Shown here piece by piece: positions 15,755 to 24,914 of a stretch of 64,000 nucleotides of DNA. The notes beneath the pieces were generated by a model. That model made no database searches. It saw nothing but the letters and a program-made list of their open reading frames with translations, and had not been told where the DNA came from. Positions within the stretch are counted from its first letter, which is position 1, and every line of letters starts with the position of its first letter. The DNA is from Chloroflexota bacterium (lineage in GTDB: Bacteria; Chloroflexota; Anaerolineae; Anaerolineales; Villigracilaceae): contig JAIOAU010000001.1 in NCBI GenBank assembly GCA_019873655.1, positions 83,984-147,983 on the forward strand, written 5' to 3'. The position numbers were made by a program, and so were the translations under genes.

Positions 15755-15800
15755 ATGCTGTCGAAAAGGCCGAAGTGGGGGTTTTCTCCATCCGGCCGGG

Positions 15801-16811
15801 TCACCACTCGACCGGTTTGCTGACCAGCGCCGTCAACAGTTTGACGGCGTTCTGCACATCCTCGTAATCTACCATCTCGGAGGGGGAGTGAATGTAGCGG
15901 CTGGGGATGGACAGACAGCCGACGGGGACGCCGGCGCGGCTGACCTGCATGGCCATGGCGTCGGTCGTGCCGCCTTCCAGGACCTCGCGCTGGTAGGGCA
16001 GGCGCGCCTTTTCGGCGCTGGCGCACATCCAGGCCACGACGCGCGGGTCGGAGAGCATGCCGCTGTCCTTGACCTTGACCGCCGGCCCTTTGCCGAGCGA
16101 GACGGCCATGCGGCTGCCCTTGGGCGTGTCGCCGGTGCCGGTCACGTCCACCGAGAGGCCGATCTCCGGCTCGACGCCGAAGGCGGCGGTGTGCGCCCCG
16201 CGCAGTCCGACCTCCTCCTGGGTGGTAAAGACGAAGTAGAGTTCATGCGGCGTGGATTTCAGGGCGCGCAGGGTCTCGATCAGCACGGCGCAGCCGATGC
16301 GGTCGTCCATCGCTTTGGCGACCAGGCGCCGGCCCAGGTCGAGGAAGGGGCGGTCGAAGCCGCACACGTCGCCGACTTTGACGGGACAGTCTTTGGGGCT
16401 GGAAGCGCCCACGTCGATGAAGCACTGCTCGAGGGTGGGGGCCTTGGAGGGGTCGGTTAGGCGCTCGACGCCGATGACGCCGGCCGTTCCGTTCACGAAG
16501 CGGACGCGCCCGCCGGTCAGGGCGTGGGGGCGGATGCCGCCGATGCCGGTGAAGCGCACGAAGCCGTTCTCGTCGATATGGGTGGCGATCAGGCCGATTT
16601 CGTCCATGTGGGCGGCCAGCATGATGCGTTTGCCGCCTTTGGCCGTTCCTGAGCCTGTCGAAGGGCCTTTGCGGACGATCAGGTTGCCCAGGGCGTCGAC
16701 GCGCAGGTCATCGGCCAGCGGTTCGACCTCGCGGCGGATGACCTCGCGGATGGCGGTTTCGTAGCCGGAGGGGGAGAAGGTTTCGGTCAGTTTCTGGATG
16801 AGTGGTTTCAT
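15801..16811 (-). CDS. M42-family (TET/FrvX-like) aminopeptidase, paralog 1
   Basis: Motifs DDRIGCAVL and FTTQEEVGLRGA. The ATG at 16811 has a Shine-Dalgarno; the alternative GTG at 16862 overlaps the upstream stop. Confidence 0.85.
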   Translation of the reverse strand: MKPLIQKLTETFSPSGYETAIREVIRREVEPLADDLRVDALGNLIVRKGPSTGSGTAKGGKRIMLAAHMDEIGLIATHIDENGFVRFTGIGGIRPHALTGGRVRFVNGTAGVIGVERLTDPSKAPTLEQCFIDVGASSPKDCPVKVGDVCGFDRPFLDLGRRLVAKAMDDRIGCAVLIETLRALKSTPHELYFVFTTQEEVGLRGAHTAAFGVEPEIGLSVDVTGTGDTPKGSRMAVSLGKGPAVKVKDSGMLSDPRVVAWMCASAEKARLPYQREVLEGGTTDAMAMQVSRAGVPVGCLSIPSRYIHSPSEMVDYEDVQNAVKLLTALVSKPVEW

Positions 16812-16858
16812 GGGAGTTCCTTTTCTCGCGTCGGGGGGCGCAAGGGTGGGTTTCTCGG

Positions 16859-17911
16859 TCACCGTTCCTCGGTCAGGACGGCCGGGGTCAGGCGGGTCAG
16901 GGCGGTGTGCAGGAGGGCCAGGGTGTTCTTCCAGTCGTCGAGGCGGGCGAGCGAGAGGGCGGTGTGCGGGTAACGATGGGGGACGGAGACGGAGACGGAC
17001 GGCACGCCGGCGCGGGCGCGGTGGATGGCGCCGGCGTCGGTCCCGCCGCCGCCCGGCTGGCGAATCTGGTAGGGGATGCCGGCCGCTTCGGCGCTGGAGG
17101 TCAGCCAGCGCACCAGGCGCGGATCCGAGAGGGTTGCCCGGTCGGCGACGTAGATGGCCGGGCCGAGGCCGAGGCGGGTGTTGTAGAAGGGGGCCGGTTC
17201 GCCGTCCCAGGCGGGCTGGTCGTGGGCGGGGGTGGCGTCCACGGCGATGCCGATGTCGGGGTCGAGGGCGAAGGCGGCCACTTTGGCCCCGCGCAGGCCG
17301 ATTTCCTCCTGGACGGTGAAAGCAGCCAGAAGGTCCACATTCGGCGGGGGGTCGCGCAGCAGTTCGATCAGGGTCGCTACGCCGAGGCGGTTGTCGAGGG
17401 CCTTGCCCAGCAGGGAGGGGCCCACGCGCTTGAAGGAGGCGGCGAAGGTCGCCCGGTCGCCGGGCTTGGCCTTGCCGCCCGGGCCGAGGTCGATGCGCAG
17501 GGACTCGACCGGGATGGCGCGCTTGCGCTCCTCGGCGGTGGTCAGGTGGATGGGGCGCGCCCCGATCACGCCGGGGGTGTGATCGCGTCCGACCAGGACG
17601 GCCTTGCCGGGCAGTTGGCGCGGGTCGATGCTGCCGATGACCTCGAAGCGGAAGATGCCCTCGCCGTCGTCGGCGACCAGCATGAAGCCGACCTCGTCCA
17701 TGTGCGCCGAGAGCATGACGCGCAGGCGCTTGCGCTCGCTGCCCCGCTTGACGGCCAGGACGTTGCCGAGGGCGTCGACCTTGACTTCATCGGCGCGGCC
17801 TTCGATTTCGGACAGGACGATTTTACGCACCTCGCCTTCATCGCCAGAGACGGCGCAGGCGTTGGACAGGCGTTCGAGCAGTTTGAGTTGAGCATTTCCG
17901 ATGGCAGGCAT
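16859..17911 (-). CDS. M42-family aminopeptidase, paralog 2
   Basis: Motifs LDNRLGVATL and FTVQEEIGLRGA. Confidence 0.85.
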   Translation of the reverse strand: MPAIGNAQLKLLERLSNACAVSGDEGEVRKIVLSEIEGRADEVKVDALGNVLAVKRGSERKRLRVMLSAHMDEVGFMLVADDGEGIFRFEVIGSIDPRQLPGKAVLVGRDHTPGVIGARPIHLTTAEERKRAIPVESLRIDLGPGGKAKPGDRATFAASFKRVGPSLLGKALDNRLGVATLIELLRDPPPNVDLLAAFTVQEEIGLRGAKVAAFALDPDIGIAVDATPAHDQPAWDGEPAPFYNTRLGLGPAIYVADRATLSDPRLVRWLTSSAEAAGIPYQIRQPGGGGTDAGAIHRARAGVPSVSVSVPHRYPHTALSLARLDDWKNTLALLHTALTRLTPAVLTEER

Positions 17912-17913
17912 AA

Positions 17914-18972
17914 TCAGTCATCCCAGGTAATCTTGTCCATGAAATCCGGCGTCAGCCCGGCGATGAATTCGGCCAGCAGGCGGCCGGCGCGCTGGATGTC
18001 TTTGACGGCCGCCACCTCGACCGGCGTGTGCATGTAGCGCAGGGGAATGCCAATCACCGCGCTGGGGATGCCCTCGGCGGTGACCTGGGTGGCGGCGGCG
18101 TCGGTGCCCGAATGGGTGGGGGCGTATTCGACCGCGTAGGGGATTTCCAGTTTGTCGGCCAGGTCTTTGAGGGCTTTGTGCAGGGCGGGGTGCATGTTGG
18201 CGCCCATGACGAGGGTCGGCCCTTTGCCCAGGGGGAAGGTGTTCCATTCGTTCGCGCCGGGGCCTTTGGCAAAGGTGACGTCGAGGACAACGGCCAGGCG
18301 CGGGCGCAATTGGAAGGCGGAGGTGTACGCGCCGATCAGGCCAACTTCTTCGGCGACGGTCGCCACCGCCCAGACATCCCAGGCGTGGGGACGGTTCTGG
18401 AGCGCCTCCAGGCAGACGGTGAGGGCGGCGACGGAGGCGCGGTTGTCGAGGGTGTGGCCGGCAATCGTCTCGCCGGCCAGTTCGAGCGGCGGCTGGGCAA
18501 AGGAGATCAGGTCGCCGACGCGCACCAGTTCGTTCACCCGCCGCGGCGGCAGGCCGGTATCCACCAGCAGATGTTCGAGCGGGACGGGATTCTCTTCGAA
18601 GCCGGGGGGCAGAAGGCGGGGCGAGGGCTGGACGACGACGCCGGGCAGGTCCTGTCGGCCGTGGACGGTGACCGGTTGGCCGGGCAGGACGCGGGCGTCC
18701 ACCCCGCCGACCTGGGTGATGTGCAGGAAGCCGTCTTCGATGCGGGTGACCATCAGGCCGATGGCGTCCATGTGGGTGGCGATCAGGATGGAGGGCCGGG
18801 GTTCGGCGGCCGTCCCTTTGCGCAGGGCGTGCAGCGAACCGAGGCGGCTGAGGCTGATCTCGTCCACGAGCGGCGCCCAGCGGGCGCGGATGATTTCGGC
18901 GACCGGGCCTTCGTGGATGGACAGGCCGGGGGCCGAGAGCAGGTCTTTCAGGAAGGGGAGCAGTTCGGGCAT
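17914..18972 (-). CDS. M42-family aminopeptidase, paralog 3
   Basis: Motifs LDNRASVAAL and ATVAEEVGLIGA. I prefer the ATG at 18972 (MPELLPF) to the His-rich upstream extension that reaches 19365. Confidence 0.85.
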   Translation of the reverse strand: MPELLPFLKDLLSAPGLSIHEGPVAEIIRARWAPLVDEISLSRLGSLHALRKGTAAEPRPSILIATHMDAIGLMVTRIEDGFLHITQVGGVDARVLPGQPVTVHGRQDLPGVVVQPSPRLLPPGFEENPVPLEHLLVDTGLPPRRVNELVRVGDLISFAQPPLELAGETIAGHTLDNRASVAALTVCLEALQNRPHAWDVWAVATVAEEVGLIGAYTSAFQLRPRLAVVLDVTFAKGPGANEWNTFPLGKGPTLVMGANMHPALHKALKDLADKLEIPYAVEYAPTHSGTDAAATQVTAEGIPSAVIGIPLRYMHTPVEVAAVKDIQRAGRLLAEFIAGLTPDFMDKITWDD

Positions 18973-18992
18973 GTTTGTGAGATTCTCGTTTC

Positions 18993-19433
18993 TCAGGGAG
19001 TGGGAGGCGTGTCGGACGGAGGCGGGGGGGTGGTGGGCGTCTCTGTGGGGGTCGGCGAAGGGGTAAAGGTGAAGGTGGCAGTCGGAGAGAAGGTAACGGT
19101 GGGGGTGGGAGTCAGGGTGAAGGTGACCGTCGCCGGCTGGAAAGGGGTCGGCGTGAGGGTGCGGGTGGGGGTGTTGGTGGGCGTGGGCGTCTCGGTGGGG
19201 GTAGGCGTGATAGTGGGGGTGACCGTCCCGCTGGGGGATGGGGTGGGAGAGAAAGTCGGGGCGGTGGGAGAAGGTTGGGTCACGGTGACCGTCTGTGTGG
19301 GGGTGGGGGTGGCGGGACGGCGTTCGGGCGCCAGGGCGACGGTGATGAAGCCCAGGCAGTAGCACGGCAGGGTGGCTACCAGGATGGCAGTCAGAATGAA
19401 GCGGGTGCGCGAACGGCGGTCAGAAGGGAGCAC
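18993..19433 (-). CDS. Membrane-anchored Pro/Thr-rich protein with no globular domain
   Basis: An N-terminal signal anchor (RRSRTRFILTAILVATLPCYCLGFITVALA) is followed by about 110 aa of PT repeats. The region overlaps a His-rich alternative frame. Confidence 0.5.
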   Translation of the reverse strand: MLPSDRRSRTRFILTAILVATLPCYCLGFITVALAPERRPATPTPTQTVTVTQPSPTAPTFSPTPSPSGTVTPTITPTPTETPTPTNTPTRTLTPTPFQPATVTFTLTPTPTVTFSPTATFTFTPSPTPTETPTTPPPPSDTPPTP

Positions 19434-19490
19434 GGGGCTATGATAACATCAGTCAAAAAGATGGGCAAGCCGGTGAGAAGAAGTCGCGCC

Positions 19491-20075
19491 TTAGCGCCAG
19501 ACCCAGTAGTCGAAGACGATACCTGTGAAAGGAATGCCGCCGAGGTAGGAACGCGCCACCACAAAGCCCGGTTGGCCCTGGTTGGTGATCAGGCACATGT
19601 ACAGGTCGGTCTGGACGGCAAGATCGCCCGGCTCGTAACGCCCGCTCAGGCACTGACTGCGGGTGGGCGGGGTCATGGTGACATAGCCAGAAAGTTGCGC
19701 CCCATTGACAGGCCGCAAAAGGGCCGAATCTGCCAGCCAAAGATCACAGTCGGCGTTTAGGGCAGTGATCTGACCGTTGTCGAAGTCAAAGCATTCGCCG
19801 TTGTTCAAAATGACGCCGGTTGTAGCGGCTGGCAAGGGGTCGGGGGCGGTCTCGGCAGGGGTGGATGTCGGAGCGTTCTGGGTCGAGATGGCCTCTACCG
19901 TCGCGGCCGCTTGGGTCAGGACGGCATTCGGATCGAGGGTCGGGACCATAGCGGTCAGCGTCTGAGCGACGGCAAGGTCCACGTCAGGGGTGGGCGTGGG
20001 GGTCGGGGAGGGGGTCAGACCGCAGGCCAGGGCAAGCAAGGTCAAGATGACGAGGATGGCGTAACGCTTTTTCAT
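19491..20075 (-). CDS. Hypothetical lipoprotein
   Basis: The ATG at 20075 has an AGGAG Shine-Dalgarno. The protein begins MKKRYAILVILTLLALAC (lipobox), followed by a PT linker. Confidence 0.6.
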   Translation of the reverse strand: MKKRYAILVILTLLALACGLTPSPTPTPTPDVDLAVAQTLTAMVPTLDPNAVLTQAAATVEAISTQNAPTSTPAETAPDPLPAATTGVILNNGECFDFDNGQITALNADCDLWLADSALLRPVNGAQLSGYVTMTPPTRSQCLSGRYEPGDLAVQTDLYMCLITNQGQPGFVVARSYLGGIPFTGIVFDYWVWR

Positions 20076-20159
20076 GATTTCTCCTAAAACCAAGCAACAG
20101 CGAGACGGCAAACACCGCCGCTCTTCTGACCCCGCCCTGCTAAAATCGGCCGGTCAGGT

Positions 20160-20729
20160 TTATTCGTGAAATTCTTCGACCTGGTAGGTCAGCACGTCCA
20201 GGTGTTTGCGACGCCAGGTGTCGGGCGAGGCCCCCATCTTGTAGCACAGATTGTCCAGGAATTCGGCCTTGTCGGGGATTTTCTCCCAGACCTGCGGCAG
20301 AAAGGTGGCCCGCCGCCAGCCATCGCGCAGGATGACGCCGTCCACGCCGGGGCGGAGTTTGGCGAGCAGGTCGTCGGGGTCGCGGTAGTCGAGGGGGACG
20401 GGCAGGGTCAGGCGCGAGACCTCGATGTGAATCTCCCCCAATTCTTCGGGGCGGACGGGGGGGAAGCGGTAGTCTTCGAGGGCGGCGGCGACGGCGTGTT
20501 CGCGCACGTCCTCGGCCAGCGACTGGTAGGGTTCGAGCGCGCCGATGCAGCCGCGCAGCGCGCCGTGTTTGGTCAGGGTGACGAAGGAAGCGCCGGGGGC
20601 GCGCAGGCGAGGGGTCAGGGCGGCGGGGTCGAGGGCCGGCAAGGGCTGGCCGCGCACGCCGGCCTCCAGCGACTGGCGGGCCAGTTTCAACAGGTAGCGT
20701 TTTTCTTCCTCGGTCAATCGGTCGTCCAT
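20160..20729 (-). CDS. AMMECR1-domain protein (AmmeMemoRadiSam system protein A-like)
   Basis: Motifs LRGCIGALEP and DYRFPPV. Confidence 0.85.
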   Translation of the reverse strand: MDDRLTEEEKRYLLKLARQSLEAGVRGQPLPALDPAALTPRLRAPGASFVTLTKHGALRGCIGALEPYQSLAEDVREHAVAAALEDYRFPPVRPEELGEIHIEVSRLTLPVPLDYRDPDDLLAKLRPGVDGVILRDGWRRATFLPQVWEKIPDKAEFLDNLCYKMGASPDTWRRKHLDVLTYQVEEFHE

Positions 20730-20834
20730 CTTGCCCTCGCGTGTTCATCATACAATCACTTGGGATGCGAGTCAAGTTAAAACGAACGGGAGCGCTGCGT
20801 CTGGCCGCGCTCCCGTGACTGGCTCCGAATGCTC

Positions 20835-21329
20835 TTATTCGTCTTCGCGCTTGCCGAGACGGTGATCGAGCATCAAGACCGCCGAGCCGTGGGCCTCGAT
20901 CATCTCGAGTTGGGCGACGATTTCGGCGGCGTTCTTCTCTTCCTCGACCTGCTCGGTGACGAACCATTGCAGCAGCACCTGGGCCGGATAGTCCTTCTCG
21001 GCCAGCGCCAGTTCGTAGAGGGCGTTGATCGAGGCGGTGACTTTGGCCTCGTGCGCCTGGACTTCCTTGAAGGCTTCCAGCGCCGAGGTCCAGGTCTGCG
21101 GCGGGGCGGCGATGGCCTGCAGCGCGACCTTGCCGCCGCGTTCGAGCAGGAAGTCGTAGAACTTCATGCCGTGTTCGCGTTCCTCGTCCGCCTGGACGCG
21201 CAGCCAGTGGGCAAAGCCGGGCAGATTCTGCTCTTCGAAATGAGCCGCCATGGCGAGGTACAAATAGGAGGAGAAGAACTCCTTGTTGATCTGGTCGTTG
21301 ATGGCTTGTTGCATCTTTTGGGAAATCAT
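20835..21329 (-). CDS. Ferritin (non-haem)
   Basis: Ferroxidase-centre residues in NKEFFSSYLYLAMA and EEREHGMKF. Confidence 0.9.
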   Translation of the reverse strand: MISQKMQQAINDQINKEFFSSYLYLAMAAHFEEQNLPGFAHWLRVQADEEREHGMKFYDFLLERGGKVALQAIAAPPQTWTSALEAFKEVQAHEAKVTASINALYELALAEKDYPAQVLLQWFVTEQVEEEKNAAEIVAQLEMIEAHGSAVLMLDHRLGKREDE

Positions 21330-21404
21330 GGTTGCCTCCGGTCAAATTCGATATCTACGGTCTTATTATAACGATTTTTACGGCCAGCACGCATTAGCGT
21401 TCTG

Positions 21405-21833
21405 TTAATCTTTCAGCCATCCCCATGCCAGCCGGATGATCAGCGCCGCCGCCAGCAGCCAGACGAAGAGCACCAGTCCGATTCCCCAGCGGCCCAAGGT
21501 CTGCGCCGGACCTCCGGCCTGCTCCGCCCGGGCGCGCGCCTCGGCCATCACCTCCGGCGGAATCATTCGCACCGCCAGCCAGACGCCGAGCGGGACGAGG
21601 AGCAAATCGTCCAGAGAACCCAAGACAGGGATGAAGTCGGGAATCAGATCAACGGGGCTGAAGGCGTAGGCCAGGACCAGCGCTGCCCAGGCTTTGGCGT
21701 ACCAGGGTGTGCGCGGGTCGCGGTAGGCCAGCAGCAGGGCGGTCGTCTGGCGCGCCAGGCGCTCGGCGGCCTGCCGCAGGCGCGCCGACAACGAAACCGG
21801 CGCTTCGGCGCGCTCATCCTTCGCCATCGTCAC
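21405..21833 (-). CDS. DUF1232 (YkvA-like) membrane protein
   Basis: Segment [29 protein letters not shown]. Confidence 0.7.
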   Translation of the reverse strand: MTMAKDERAEAPVSLSARLRQAAERLARQTTALLLAYRDPRTPWYAKAWAALVLAYAFSPVDLIPDFIPVLGSLDDLLLVPLGVWLAVRMIPPEVMAEARARAEQAGGPAQTLGRWGIGLVLFVWLLAAALIIRLAWGWLKD

Positions 21834-22248
21834 CGCCCTCGCCAGTCGTCCCCGGTTGGTCGACGCGCAAGACCTGGCCGTGCAGGTCGATCACCACCTT
21901 GAAGCCCATCATGCCGAGGTAGGCGCGCATTTCTTCGGGGAAGCCGATCTGGAGCAGGGTTTCGAACTGCTGGTCGAGGTTCTTGAGTTGCTGGGCGAGC
22001 AAGGCTTTCGAGAAGATGTCTTCCGCGCCGAGCATTTTGGCGGCCTCGGCGCTGAGCAAGTCTTCATGGCCTTCGATCTGCTGGCGCATCAGATTCAATA
22101 CCTGGCGGTCCACCTGCTCGGCGGGGATGTGGCGGCGGAAGCCGGCGTCGTCCACCACGTAGCAGGGTTCGCTGCCGACCAGGGCGGTATCCACGGGGCG
22201 GTCGAACTCGTCCACGATCAGGCCGGCGAAGAGGGGTTGAGGGGACAT
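21814..22248 (-). CDS. Hypothetical protein
   Basis: The ORF is in an operon position and overlaps the next gene by 20 nt. It has an acidic tail. I recognised no motif. Confidence 0.5.
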   Translation of the reverse strand: MSPQPLFAGLIVDEFDRPVDTALVGSEPCYVVDDAGFRRHIPAEQVDRQVLNLMRQQIEGHEDLLSAEAAKMLGAEDIFSKALLAQQLKNLDQQFETLLQIGFPEEMRAYLGMMGFKVVIDLHGQVLRVDQPGTTGEGGDDGEG

Positions 22249-22266
22249 GGTATCTCCTGAGTGAGA

Positions 22267-22848
22267 TTAACTCTCCTGCTTGCCTTCGATGATGGCCAGC
22301 AGGGCGGCGGCGGCGATGCCCAGACGGCGGTCCAGGCGGCCGGCCGTATCCATGCTGAAGTCAACGATCATCTCGTAACCGAAGAGAGTAAATTTCTGGC
22401 GCAGGTCGGCCACGCGCGTCTGGCCGATGAGGATATCATAGTTTTGGGGCAGCAGGCTGCCCAGGAGGAAGCGGCGCAGGAGCGCCCGGCTGATGCGGTC
22501 TTCGCACAGCAGGCCGAAGGGCTGGTCGTTGGGATCGAGGACTTCCCACTCGTCGCGTAGCAGGGAGGCCCAGCCGCGGCGACGCAGCGCGCCGACCTTT
22601 TGGCCGCTCGGGCTGTCGATGACGTCGTAGGCGGCGGCCCAGTCGATGATTTGGCGCGCCTGGATGAACAGCAGTTCCTGGGTCTTGCTCTCGTCGCGGT
22701 AGACGCGGATGTCTTCCCGCAGGCGGAACATTTTCTGCTCGACGAACAGCGCCAGACTTCCATCGGGGCTGTAGAAGCGCAGTTTGCCGGTCAAGGCGAA
22801 GACCTGGCGCTTGAGCAAATAGAAGGGGTATTGAAAAACGGGGTTCAT
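22267..22848 (-). CDS. Scramblase / LURP-one-related (tubby C-terminal-like) family protein
   Basis: The length and repeated beta-strand pattern end in a hydrophobic C-terminal helix (LGIAAAALLAIIEG), typical of that fold. The ATG overlaps the upstream TGA as ATGA. Confidence 0.5.
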   Translation of the reverse strand: MNPVFQYPFYLLKRQVFALTGKLRFYSPDGSLALFVEQKMFRLREDIRVYRDESKTQELLFIQARQIIDWAAAYDVIDSPSGQKVGALRRRGWASLLRDEWEVLDPNDQPFGLLCEDRISRALLRRFLLGSLLPQNYDILIGQTRVADLRQKFTLFGYEMIVDFSMDTAGRLDRRLGIAAAALLAIIEGKQES

Positions 22849-23891
22849 CGGATTCTCCTGGTCAAAGGGGATGGCCCGGTTTCGAACACGCCGACCTGGG
22901 TGCCCTGCGAGGGGTCGTAGATGAAACGCTGGCCGGGCGGGACCGGCGGCAGGGTCCAGCGGTAGATCCAGCGGGCGTCGGCGGGGGTCAGGTTGATGCA
23001 GCCGTGGCTGCGCGGCGCGCCGAAGTCATTATGCCAGTAGGCGCCGTGAAATGCAACCCCGTTCTCGGTGATGTAGGTGTCGAAGGGAACGCCGGGCAGG
23101 TCGAACAGGGAATCCGAGCCGTCGCCGCCGACCATGTGGGCGGTGGGACGCTTGTGGAAGGTGCGGAACAGGCCGGTGGGGGTGGCGAACTCGCCCTTGC
23201 CCGTCGCCGTCCGCGCCCAGAAGACGAGGCGCTCGCCCTCGAAGGCGGCCACCACCTGGGCGTCCAGGCGCACCTCGAGGAATTTCTCCTCCGGCGGAAC
23301 ATGCGGCGAGAGCGGGGCGAGTTCCTCGGCCGAATACAGGCGCACGAATTCGGGGCGGATGTAGTAATAGGCCGGGAAAAGGTGATCGTAGGCCTTGTAC
23401 CACAGCGTCCCGTCGCGGCGGTCAACGACCACCTCCTCGATGTAATGCGTGCTGGCATAGTACTGGCGCTGGGCCGGGAAGGGATTGCGGTTGATCGCCC
23501 ACCAGGACTCGGCGTAGGGGACGGTCAATTCGCCGACCGCGCCGCCGGGGGGGAGGTCGGTCACGACGCGGTTGAGGACGTTTTCGACCGGCTGGATGCC
23601 GCCCGAATAGACGTACTGCTCCTCCCCGACCCGGTACCAGATCCGATTGTAGTCGCCGGGCGCGCCCCCCCAGACCTGTTCGCGGATTTCGAGCAGGGTG
23701 TCGAAGCGGTAGGTCCCGACCCGCTCGGACTGGAAAGACGGCTCGCGGTGGACGCGGATGCTGCTGTAGGTGACGCGTCCCAGGCGCGGGGCTGCCGCCC
23801 GGCTCTCGCCTGGCGGCAGGAGGAATTCCTCTAACAGGACGCTCAGCAGACCGGCGGCGCTCAATTTCAGAAAATCTCTGCGACTCAACAT
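22845..23891 (-). CDS. L,D-transpeptidase (YkuD) with a Tat-type signal
   Basis: N-terminal RRDFLKLSAAGLL and catalytic SHGCINL. Confidence 0.85.
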   Translation of the reverse strand: MLSRRDFLKLSAAGLLSVLLEEFLLPPGESRAAAPRLGRVTYSSIRVHREPSFQSERVGTYRFDTLLEIREQVWGGAPGDYNRIWYRVGEEQYVYSGGIQPVENVLNRVVTDLPPGGAVGELTVPYAESWWAINRNPFPAQRQYYASTHYIEEVVVDRRDGTLWYKAYDHLFPAYYYIRPEFVRLYSAEELAPLSPHVPPEEKFLEVRLDAQVVAAFEGERLVFWARTATGKGEFATPTGLFRTFHKRPTAHMVGGDGSDSLFDLPGVPFDTYITENGVAFHGAYWHNDFGAPRSHGCINLTPADARWIYRWTLPPVPPGQRFIYDPSQGTQVGVFETGPSPLTRRIR

Positions 23892-23901
23892 TTGACCATC
23901 T

Positions 23902-24912
23902 CTACAGATAAATTTCTACCATTGTACCGCGCTCGGCGCGCAGGCGCTGACGTTCGGGCGGGACGACCGGCTCGGTCCAGCGATAGAGCCAGCGGGCGGC
24001 CTGGGGCGGCAGGTTGATGCAGCCGTGGCTGCGCGGCCGGCCGTAATCGTTGTGCCAGTACGTTCCGTGAAAGGAGACGCCGTTGTCGTTGATGTAACAC
24101 ACCCAGGGGACGCCCGGCAGGTCGTAGCCGACGTCGGCCATGTGCCGCGAGGGGCGCTTGTGGTAGGTGGTGAAACGTCCGACCGGCGTGCGGTACGAGC
24201 CGTTGCGATAACGCCAGCCGCTCGAAGCGCGGGCGATCAGGACCGGTTGTTCCTCTTGATAAGCGGTCACCAGTTGCTGGCCCAAATCGACCTCGATGCG
24301 TTTCCATTCGCCGGGCACATCCGCCGCCAGCGGAGTCAGTTCTTCGGGCGGAATCAGCCGCAAGGCCTCGGCCAGGACGTAGTATTCGCCGCCCCACTTG
24401 TCCTCGTACAGGCGGTACCAGGCGCGGCGGCTGCTGTCGCGATGGATGTCCAGCGCCCAGTGGGTGGAGGCGTAGTACAGGCGGTAACGGCGAGGGGCGT
24501 CATCGCTCGGCTGGCGGCGCGCCTCGGCGAAGGGGACGGTCACCTCGGCCAGTTGTCCGCCCGGCGGAAGGCCGCGGGCCGGGAGCAGGTTAGGCCGGTT
24601 CTCGACCGGCTGGACTCCGCCGGAATAGACGTAGCCGCCGCTGACGGCGTACCACAGACGGTTGTACGGGTTGACCGGCGACTCTTCCTCGCTTTCGACG
24701 GGCTGCTGCAAGGAAATGAGAGTATCGAGGGGCAGGATGTCCGTTTGGCGGGCGCGGCGGCTCGGTTCGCTGTACACCGGCAGAGAGGTCTCGGCCACGC
24801 GGCCCAGGCGGAAGGAGTCGGCTGCGGCGAGCGGCGCGCCGTCGGGCAGGAGCAGGGCCAGCAGGCCCGCCCCGGCCAGTTTGAGAAAATCGCGGCGGGT
24901 GAGAACGGTCAT
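23902..24912 (-). CDS. L,D-transpeptidase (YkuD) with a Tat-type signal
   Basis: The ATG at 24912 opens MTVLTRRDFLKLAGAGLL. Catalytic motif SHGCINL. The longer track ORF (to 25644) is an artefact. Confidence 0.85.
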   Translation of the reverse strand: MTVLTRRDFLKLAGAGLLALLLPDGAPLAAADSFRLGRVAETSLPVYSEPSRRARQTDILPLDTLISLQQPVESEEESPVNPYNRLWYAVSGGYVYSGGVQPVENRPNLLPARGLPPGGQLAEVTVPFAEARRQPSDDAPRRYRLYYASTHWALDIHRDSSRRAWYRLYEDKWGGEYYVLAEALRLIPPEELTPLAADVPGEWKRIEVDLGQQLVTAYQEEQPVLIARASSGWRYRNGSYRTPVGRFTTYHKRPSRHMADVGYDLPGVPWVCYINDNGVSFHGTYWHNDYGRPRSHGCINLPPQAARWLYRWTEPVVPPERQRLRAERGTMVEIYL

Positions 24913-24914
24913 GG

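Noticed and set aside
17914-19365. 483-aa version of M42 paralog 3 with a His-rich N-terminus
   Set aside because: The internal ATG at 18972 gives a protein colinear with the two neighbouring M42 paralogs. The upstream DNA is better explained by the TM-anchored PT-rich ORF in another frame. I kept it as a finding because the evidence is not decisive.
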